DNA of 64,000 nucleotides, taken from the NCBI GenBank assembly GCA_000004985.1, contig GG738900.1. One strand, written 5' to 3'. The DNA comes from Naegleria gruberi. Lineage: Eukaryota. The notes beneath the pieces were generated by a model, which was not told the DNA's origin, did no database searches, and saw only the letters and a program-made list of their open reading frames with translations. Of the stretch, positions 10,429-18,843 are shown one piece after another. Made by a program: the position numbers and the translations under genes. Each line of letters starts with the position of its first letter. The first letter of the stretch is position 1.

Positions 10429-10520
10429 CACTATGAACATGCTTGACTCACAACGTTGATCACAGCTAAGCCATTGTGAAAATAATTGAGTCAAGCATGT
10501 TCATAGTGATCAACGTTGTG
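10429..10520. repeat. circularly permuted inverted repeat (22-bp and 15-bp arm pairs in 1-2-1'-2' order)
   Basis: A = cactatgaacatgcttgactca (10429-10450) has its perfect reverse complement at 10487-10508. B = cacaacgttgatcac (10449-10463) has its perfect reverse complement at 10506-10520. Confidence 0.85.
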
Positions 10521-10741
10521 CAGGATGTAATAGTTAAAGTTCATACTTTGCTCAAAATGGGAAGTTACTACCCTTAATAAGACCAATTTAAAAGAAAACA
10601 TTCATGTTCAATTTAGGAACTTTTAGAATTTTGACTTATTTTATTATCATCCACAAAGAAACCATTGTGCCAGCTCTTGTTGGTGCTAAATATGCTTGAT
10701 TTGGGTTATGTAAATTTCAAAGTGCAGAACATTTGAAAAAA

Positions 10742-13700
10742 ATGCTGAAAAACAGCATAACAGTAGATTTGAGCGGTAAGGACGGAGAAGATGGTCATCA
10801 AGGCAAGAGGTAAGAGTACATACCTCAATTTTTTTGATGTTAATATGTTGCCGAATTAGTGGACGTAATGGTGAAGTGGGAAAGGTAATGTTTCTAATCT
10901 CCCTTAATCATCATAAAATCACTGTTGTAAAATAGTCAGGGAAAAGTGGACAAATATCTGCCTTAAATAATGGAAATGGAAGTCATGGAGAACCAGGAGG
11001 ACCGTAAGTATATATTGCTGGAGTGAAATTAGCCATGTGTTAATAGAGGTGGAGATGGAGAGAATGGTGGAAAGTAAGTTCTAGCTGTTATTGAGTACTT
11101 GACCTTATTTAATATTCCTTCTCAACAACAGTGGAAAAAAGGGGCAACACGCAACAGCTGGTGGAAATATTTAAGTAAAAATTGAGGGATCCAATCACAA
11201 GTTAATCACTTTGAGTGGAAGTATCAATGATTCTGTGTGTTTGAATGATGGTGCTGGACAAGTTTTGGTGTTTCTGGCGAATGGTGGAAATGGTGGAAAG
11301 TGAGTATCAGTGTAGCTTTGATTTGAAGTGCTTACAATTATAGAGGTGGACGTGGAGGACCAGGTGGTAAGTTGCTGAATAGCAAACACGACTGAGAATG
11401 TAATTCATTCAGGAATGGGGGGAGTCGGCGGAAAAGGAGGAACTGGAGCAAGAGGTGGTAATGGTAGCTCTGGAGGTAATGGTATGAATGGTCAAGATGG
11501 TGGCAATGGAGGAAAGTAAGTATTGAATGATTGAGACAATTTTGAAACTAATAATTATTTCAGTGGTGGCGTGTAAGGAGAAATACAAGTTTAGTTAGTT
11601 GATTGAAATTTAGTGCTGGAAAAGGAGGAAATGGTGGAGAGTAAGTTTTAATAATTGGTTGGAAATTCATATGTGCGTTTAACAAGTGGAGGGGAAGGAT
11701 CCAAGTAGGTTTTTCAATTATTACAACTATTTTAATGTGGAATAGTGGTGGAAATGGTGGAAATGGAGGAAGTATTCTTATTGAAACAAATAATGCTTCC
11801 TTGTTGAAGTTTGTCAAAGCAGAAAGTCAACCAGGTAAAGGAGGAATGGATGGAAAAGGTGGCTCTGCAGGAAGTGCAGGTAAAGGAGGAGAGAAAGGAC
11901 CTGGAGGACCTGGTGGTAGAGGTGGTGCAGGAGGAGCTGCAATGGGAAGAGGAATAATCAATACAAGATCTGGATCCAATGGAAGGAATGGATCAGATGG
12001 AAAATCTGGACAAAAAGGTCAAGAAGGAAGGAAGGGAAATCCAGGACACACTGGACAAGATGGTACACCAGGAAATTTAACCATTAGAGTCTATGATCCT
12101 CTTACTAATCAACTTGTGGAGGAAGGTCATTCAATTTATAATTTGGTGGTAACAACATTCGAATTGTGTGGCTATGAAAATGATGGAATTTTTGAACCAG
12201 ATGAAAATGTCTTTATTACCAACGTTGGTGTTAAGAATCAAGGAGGATTGACATTACCATCAGGTTCAGTTCTCTCATTTCCAAGCACTCAAACATTTAT
12301 TTCAAACGGTGAATGTTATGTTTTGGAGAAGAATTTGGCACCAGGCGAATTCTTTTCAATTCCTTTCCAATTTTATGGTCGAGTTGTTGGAAGGAAACAA
12401 AAACAATTTGGCCCTTTCAAGTCAACAATTAGCATTCAATCAAGTGCTTGTCTGTTAACTTCTCCATTTAGTGAAGGTTTTGTTAAGAAGGAATATCCAG
12501 TTCAGTATCCAATAGTATTGGAAAGTGTGAAAGTTCCTAAAAGTTTGGGAAGAAATGAAAAAGGAACAGTTACAATCACCGTAAAGAATCAATCTCTTAT
12601 CAATTATGGCTCTTCATTGGGTGATGGATACAGAATTAAGTTTTGTTTAACTCTGGATTCAACGTATATCATTCTAACAGAAACAAGCGCAACTAATATA
12701 TTTGAAGAGGAAATTCCCTTCATCCAAGCAGGAATGTCATACTCTAGAACGTTTAACATTGAAACAACTATCAATGCCCAATTCTATGAAACCATTCCAA
12801 TTCAAACAAATTTATTTTTGAGAGGACATCCTATTGAGGAATCATTGAACTCCATTCGTATTCAACCAACATACATTCCAACTAATCTCGATTCTCCAAA
12901 TCCTTTCGATGTGCTCTTCTTCTCAGATAAGCACATTAATAGGCAGGAATTTTCAAATTACATGTCCCTGCTTGGTAGAATAGGATTGAACGTGAATGTA
13001 TGGGATATTGAGAGATACGGTGGACTATCTTATAATAATAAGGGTAAGAGACATACAAAATCATGGATTGATGGTGGTTATGAAGGTAAAATGATAATAA
13101 TGCCTCTTATGGAACAAGGCTCTGAAAAACAAATGGCTGTCTCAGATATTTTCCAACATTTCAGGGGCAAAAATTGGCAAAATGATTCATCAAAACCAAA
13201 CAATGGATCTATCGTTTTTATCGGTAACCCTTCTGATTCATTCAAAAGTCAACTCTTTGGCGAATGCTCAGCCCAACAAATCCCAGAATCTGAACTAAGA
13301 GAAATGTTTCTGCTTTCTGAACCGAATGAAAGCTCAATGCTTAAGAAAGCAACAGAGTTTATTAAATCCCTCAATAAGACACATCCATCAAGGGTTTATA
13401 GAACTGAAAATGTGTTATTCAATCCTCAAAAAGATGGCTCATTATCAAAAACTTTATTAGGATCAGCTGATTATAAGGAATTACCCTTAAGCACTGCTGA
13501 TGCTTTATATTTCATTCCAACAAAGAGTGGAAACTCTTCTGGATTCATGAACGGAGGTATTACACTTCAAATTGAAAGCAAATCAAATATTGGAAAATTG
13601 CTTAACACTATTCTATATTCACTTCCTGTTGAGAAAAAATTGGAATTGTTAAGGAAACCAACCGAATGGCTTTCCAAAGTTCAAATTAAGGATGAAAATG

Positions 13701-13960
13701 GTGATTTACTTAATTATGTAACTTGTATTATCTTTGCTCTAAGCTTTAATCTGTTTTTGGAAATAATTTACAACGATGAAAATGGAAGATTTTCAACGGG
13801 TATTGAAGCAGATTTTGAAGCACATTTTGATGAATATAAGAATCATCCTCAATCCAAACAAATTGTTGAAACTCTATATTTGGTATTAAAGAAACTTGGC
13901 AGTGAATTAAAATGGAGAGGAACATCGGTACCTAGCATTAAGGAAAGGAAAAACCTATGA
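10742..13960 (+). CDS. glycine-rich / collagen-like repeat protein with a large unrecognised C-terminal region; 11 exons (contains an in-frame TAA)
   Basis: Exons are 10742-10809, 10860-10884, 10936-11003, 11047-11073, 11132-11299, 11344-11366, 11413-11515, 11564-11572, 11614-11640, 11687-11704 and 11746-13960. All ten introns are GT..AG and 41-58 nt. The chain encodes Gly-X-Y runs (GHQGKSGRNGEVGKSGKSGQ; GRNGSDGKSGQKGQEGRKGNPGHTGQDGTPG) and GGNGGxGG runs. TAA at 11172-11174 is in frame within exon 5. Confidence 0.6.
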
Positions 13961-14369
13961 AACTGTTTACAAAGATTTGAAAAGCATTCTCCTCAAGATT
14001 TCATCGGAACCTGCTGAATTTTTGAAGAAGGAGACCAAGACTCGTATTGGTTCTATTTCAACGGATCACTTCTTATGTCAGTTGGAGAATTTCACTAGAC
14101 CACTATTGGAAAGTTATCATTTGGAAATGGAGAAGGAACTTAGTGTGGATGGAGGAGATCATGGACATTCTCATTGACATCCTCATTGAAAAATATCACT
14201 GGAATGAAGTTGTATTATTACTCAGTTTGGTGAACTGTGCAATAAAAAAACAACTTTTAAATTCATAAAACTTTTATTGTCGTTTAAGTACCTTACTCAA
14301 CCAGATACAATAATAATGCAATTTCAAATGGAGCCAGTGCGACATCTCTAATTTTACTTGGAATTCAAA

Positions 14370-14666
14370 TTATTCTTCAAGATAGCCCTCCACACTTGAA
14401 TAAATATTCTCTCTCACGACAGTATCAGTAACTTCTTCAAATCCTTCAATATTATTTTCCTCATCATCATCGTCACTATATTTACTAGGATTCACTTGTC
14501 CCTCTCCAGCTTTACGAACCAATTTTTGTACTTCGTAGATAATGGCATAAATTCCATCTTCATCATTACTCTTTGGTTATTTATTCTCTTTGGTTAATCT
14601 TTTCATTACATTGCTGATTTGTGTGCTAACTTCATCATCACCTGCATCAGTATACATTCCATACAT
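14370..14666 (-). CDS. small acidic protein (85 aa), 2 exons; function unknown
   Basis: Exons are 14610-14666 (MYGMYTDAGDDEVSTQISN) and 14370-14570 (SNDEDGIYAIIYEVQKLVRKAGEGQVNPSKYSDDDDEENNIEGFEEVTDTVVRENIYSSVEGYLEE*). They are joined by a 39-nt GTAATG..AAAG intron (14571-14609) that contains the only stop. The gene is absent from the track because each exon is too short or lacks a start. Confidence 0.45.
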
Positions 14667-15060
14667 TTTTTTCTTTTGTGTGGCTGGTATGTTAAAACAA
14701 TGATGAACTTAAACATCCTAAAGGTTTACATTCGGTGAACATAAACAATTCTAGAAAAAACGAAATTTTGTAATGGCATTCTGAGTTCACATTCAATTTT
14801 TATCAGTTTCCATTCAATACAACTTTCCATCTATACCTCTAAATAGACTGGTTAATTGTTTTACTTCTGATGTAACATTTACAATGACACATAATCAAGC
14901 AAATCTTAGAGATAGATATTCGTAGAATTAGTTGTTACTGTGAAAAACAACCAACTTCCCAAACTAATCTTCGGAGTTGTTTTTGGAATTTTGTCAACTC
15001 CTCAACTTCTTTAAAAAGAAGGACATTATGATAATCTTATACAAGAAAAAAACAACAAAG

Positions 15061-18000
15061 ATGAATCACAAAGGTTTTGCATTGCTTCTTGTGTTAACAT
15101 GTCTGTTGTTTATTACCATTCATCCAATAATGACTAGTGAACAAATTATTCGAAACCTTGCCGGTCAAGGAATATGTGATGGTCATTTATCAACAAATGC
15201 ACCAGTCAATCCCAGTGATTGTGCCTTTTTGGATGAAGAAATGTTAATTGCAGATGCCACTAATCATAGAATTCGTAAAGTTTTCACAAATGGAACAATT
15301 GTAACCATAGCTGGAAATGGATTTGCTGGTTACAATGGAGATGGTTTAGATGCAACAAGTGCTCAATTGAACAATCCAGTTGGCATTTATGTTGATACCA
15401 ATAGTAGAGAAGTTTACATTGCTGATTCTAATAATCATCGAATTCGTAAAATATTACAGAATGGAAAAATTACAACAATTGCTGGAACAGGAATTGCTGG
15501 CTACAATGGAGATGACAAAAGTGCAGACAGTGCCCAATTGAACACCCCAAGTGGAATTGTTATTGATCCAAATAATGGAGAAATTTTCATTTCAGATTCT
15601 AAAAATCACAGAATTCGTAAAATTTTACAAAATGGTAAAATTACAACAATTGCTGGAACTGGAGAAGCTGGTTACAATGGAGATGGAATTGAGGCAAAGT
15701 TTGCAAAATTGTATCTACCAAACGGAATTGATTTGTATGAGAAAGAGTTGTTTATTGCTGATCAAAATAATCATAGAATTCGTAAAGTTTCGCTTGATAC
15801 TGGACTAATTTCAACTATTGCTGGAAATGGAAATTCAGGTTACAATGGAGATAACATTCTGGCAACAAACTGTAAATTGAGTTTACCTGCAGGAGTTAGA
15901 TACGATTCGAAAAGAAGAGAAGTTTACATTGCTGATTCCAACAACCAAAGAATTCGTAAAATATTAGAAAGTGGAATAATTGTAACAATTGCTGGAACAG
16001 GAGAAGCTGGATTTGATAATATTCTCAATGCTACCCAATCAAAGGTTAATCATCCTAATAGTGTTACTTTGAACGAATTAGGGGAAGTTTTCATTTCAGA
16101 TTCACAAAATTATCGAGTACGAAAGATTACAACAGAAAGTGGAATAATTACAACAATTGTAGGAAATGGATTTGAAAAGTATTGCACAGATTTAGCTAGT
16201 AACACACCATTGTTTTATCCTCGTGGTATAATTTCGAATGAAAATGGAGAATTTTTCTATGCCGATTCTAGCAACCATTGTATTCGAAAAATTCTGACAA
16301 ATGGTACAATTCTTACAATTGCTGGAACAGGTACTAAGGGTTACAATGGAGATGGAATTGAAGCAACAAGTGCTCAATTAAATACTCCTCACGATGTTGC
16401 ATTAAACTTGGCAACTGGCGAGATTTACATTGCAGATACGGAAAATAATAGAATAAGAAAAATTTTGACAAATGGTACAATTACAACAATTGCAGGAACT
16501 GGAGATTATGGATACAATGGAGATGGAATCATGGCTGTAGATGCATGGTTGAATGAACCGAGTGGTGTTGAAATTGATTCCACTAGCGGTGAAGTTTTCT
16601 TTTCTGATACTGAAAATTTCAGAATTCGAAGAGTTTCGAATAGTGGAATAATTACAACAATTGCAGGAACTGGAAAATCAAAATTTAATGGAGATGGTAT
16701 GGCAACAGACACGAATCTTGCTACTCCAACTGAAATTCAATACGTTCCAAGTACTACTGAAATTTATTTTGCTGATTCTGGAAATAATAGAATTAGAAAA
16801 TTTACTATAAATGGAATGATGACAACTATTGCTGGAACAAGCACAAGTGGATATAATGGTGATAATATGCCTGCAACACGTGCTTGGTTGAATTTTCCAG
16901 TTGGTGTAACATACGATCCAAAAACCAATCAAGTTTATATTGCCGATTTATCTAATCACAGAATTAGAAAAATTCTGACAAATGGTACAATTACAACCAT
17001 TGCTGGAACAGGAAAAGGAGGTTATAATGGTAATAACTTGACAGCCTTATCCACTCAAGTGAATGGACCTCATGGAATGATACTACAACCGAATGGTGAT
17101 GTAATCTTTTCAGATAGCACCAATAATGTCATTAGAATTATCAGATCTGATCAAATTTATTGTAATGGAACATTGTCAAGTGATTTGAATGTTTGTAATG
17201 GTCGTGGTTGGTGCATGGAGAGTGGAAAATGCTCTTGTCAAGACGGATGGATTGGTGATTATTGTTCAGAGCCAACATGTGAAAATGATTGTTATGGACA
17301 TGGAAGATGTGTTTCGAATAATACATGTGAATGTGAATATGGTTGGGATGGAAACTCTCACTGTTCTCAATTTTCATGTGGTGGATTGAATAATTGTAAC
17401 TCGAATGGTTTATGTGTTTCGAATAATACTTGCAGTTGCCAATCAGGATGGGCTGGAACTGATTGTTCTCAATTTACTTGTTCTGGCGCTAGCAATTGTT
17501 CAGATCATGGTTCCTGCATTTCGAATAATACTTGTCATTGCAATTCTGGTTGGAAAGGAAATGCCCAATGTTCCCAATTTACTTGTGAACTCACAAATGA
17601 TTGTTCGAATCATGGCTTGTGTGTTTCGAATAATACTTGTCAATGTAGTTCAGGTTGGAATTTCATTAATTGTTCCATCAAAGAATGTCTCATTTCAATT
17701 GTTTCAGGTTCAAGAGAATTGATATGTGGAAATGATAATTCTTCTGGTCAACTGAAAACATTTAGCAGAATAACGACTCCAGTAATTGAAACAACAAGTT
17801 TCGAATTGAATGAAAATCAACATGTAAATGTTGATATTGGATCAAGAATAATGAATTTGGATCTATCTCAAGACAAGTATTTCATAACCTCTTCATGGAC
17901 CAATTCGAATAATTTATTCTTTACCAATGTTTCCAATTTACTAATTCAAAACTCAGGTTCATCACTTATTCAAGCAGAACTTTCAACAAAAATCAAGTAT

Positions 18001-18789
18001 TCTTTCACGCATCATTCAAATCTTGATATCATGTCATTTAACTATAATTGTTTAAGATTTGACATCCTGTCACATTTGTGGACAAATCAATCCATAACAA
18101 CAAGCATTTCTCCACAAACTAACTCCATTACATGCACAACTATATTCATTTCTTCAGTAGTTGTTCAAAGAACTTTAATCCCTTCACCATCAATCTCACC
18201 AAAACACTCATCAAATCCATTTCCATCAATTTCACATGAAAATTCAATTCCACTCCCAAGCGATGAGACAATTACATTGAATATCCAACCTGGAGAATCA
18301 ATTCTCTATCAAATAACTCTTCCATCCATGAAAAGACTTTCACTTTCGTGTAAAACAATTTCAGGAAGAGATTTAAATTTGTTTATTGGAGAAAATTTCA
18401 AACCGTCTTATGAAATGTACTCAAAAGTTATGAATTCTAATCAGGAAATGGATTTTGAAAATTGGAAGTCGATATACCAGGTGTTTTACATTCGAGTTCA
18501 AGGTTTGAAAGATTCAACAACTCAATTCACTATAAGAGCTTCAATTAGTCAACTGAGACAAGTGAATTCTTCGAGTGGAGCAAGAAATGATAATTACACC
18601 ATTGGATTAATCGTCTCAAGTGTTATTTCACTTCTATTATTAATCATTACCATCCTAACTGTTCTTAGTTGTGTTTTCTATTGGAGAAAGAAACGTAAAC
18701 TTATGGAAGAAACCAGAACGAAACTACTTTCAACTCCTAATTCGCTTCAGTATTCACCTCACCAACCGTATGAAATGGAGGAAGCATAA
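15061..18789 (+). CDS. type I membrane protein with ~14 NHL repeats and 5 tenascin-type EGF repeats
   Basis: The start is signal-peptide-like (MNHKGFALLLVLTCLLFITIHPIMT; ATG 15061, in frame inside track ORF 14977). Units of about 57 aa (NHRIRK(I/V)..NG.I.TIAGTG.AGYNGDG..A..A.LN.P.G) span about 15250-17150. EGF units (C..F(S/T)C....C..HG.C.SNNTC.C..GW.G) span about 17160-17690. The TM segment is IGLIVSSVISLLLLIITILTVLSCVFYW followed by RKKRK (about 18600-18700). Confidence 0.8.
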   Translation: MNHKGFALLLVLTCLLFITIHPIMTSEQIIRNLAGQGICDGHLSTNAPVNPSDCAFLDEEMLIADATNHRIRKVFTNGTIVTIAGNGFAGYNGDGLDATSAQLNNPVGIYVDTNSREVYIADSNNHRIRKILQNGKITTIAGTGIAGYNGDDKSADSAQLNTPSGIVIDPNNGEIFISDSKNHRIRKILQNGKITTIAGTGEAGYNGDGIEAKFAKLYLPNGIDLYEKELFIADQNNHRIRKVSLDTGLISTIAGNGNSGYNGDNILATNCKLSLPAGVRYDSKRREVYIADSNNQRIRKILESGIIVTIAGTGEAGFDNILNATQSKVNHPNSVTLNELGEVFISDSQNYRVRKITTESGIITTIVGNGFEKYCTDLASNTPLFYPRGIISNENGEFFYADSSNHCIRKILTNGTILTIAGTGTKGYNGDGIEATSAQLNTPHDVALNLATGEIYIADTENNRIRKILTNGTITTIAGTGDYGYNGDGIMAVDAWLNEPSGVEIDSTSGEVFFSDTENFRIRRVSNSGIITTIAGTGKSKFNGDGMATDTNLATPTEIQYVPSTTEIYFADSGNNRIRKFTINGMMTTIAGTSTSGYNGDNMPATRAWLNFPVGVTYDPKTNQVYIADLSNHRIRKILTNGTITTIAGTGKGGYNGNNLTALSTQVNGPHGMILQPNGDVIFSDSTNNVIRIIRSDQIYCNGTLSSDLNVCNGRGWCMESGKCSCQDGWIGDYCSEPTCENDCYGHGRCVSNNTCECEYGWDGNSHCSQFSCGGLNNCNSNGLCVSNNTCSCQSGWAGTDCSQFTCSGASNCSDHGSCISNNTCHCNSGWKGNAQCSQFTCELTNDCSNHGLCVSNNTCQCSSGWNFINCSIKECLISIVSGSRELICGNDNSSGQLKTFSRITTPVIETTSFELNENQHVNVDIGSRIMNLDLSQDKYFITSSWTNSNNLFFTNVSNLLIQNSGSSLIQAELSTKIKYSFTHHSNLDIMSFNYNCLRFDILSHLWTNQSITTSISPQTNSITCTTIFISSVVVQRTLIPSPSISPKHSSNPFPSISHENSIPLPSDETITLNIQPGESILYQITLPSMKRLSLSCKTISGRDLNLFIGENFKPSYEMYSKVMNSNQEMDFENWKSIYQVFYIRVQGLKDSTTQFTIRASISQLRQVNSSSGARNDNYTIGLIVSSVISLLLLIITILTVLSCVFYWRKKRKLMEETRTKLLSTPNSLQYSPHQPYEMEEA

Positions 18790-18843
18790 ACTATTGAACT
18801 GTTTTATAAACACAAATAGAATTTATTGTAAAAGTTTAAAAAA

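Noticed and set aside
11195-11817. Track ORFs 11195-11389 (-) and 11560-11817 (-) with PPFPPFPP repeats
   Set aside because: They are the reverse complement of the GGNGGKGG-coding mini-exons and introns of the plus-strand glycine-rich gene. There is no independent support for them.
14571-14609. In-frame TAA inside the small acidic gene on the minus strand, which looked like a second premature stop or readthrough case
   Set aside because: It is resolved by a canonical 39-nt GTAATG...AAAG intron that removes the stop in phase. The adjacent 11-nt direct repeat (ctctttggtta x2) lies within that intron and acceptor.
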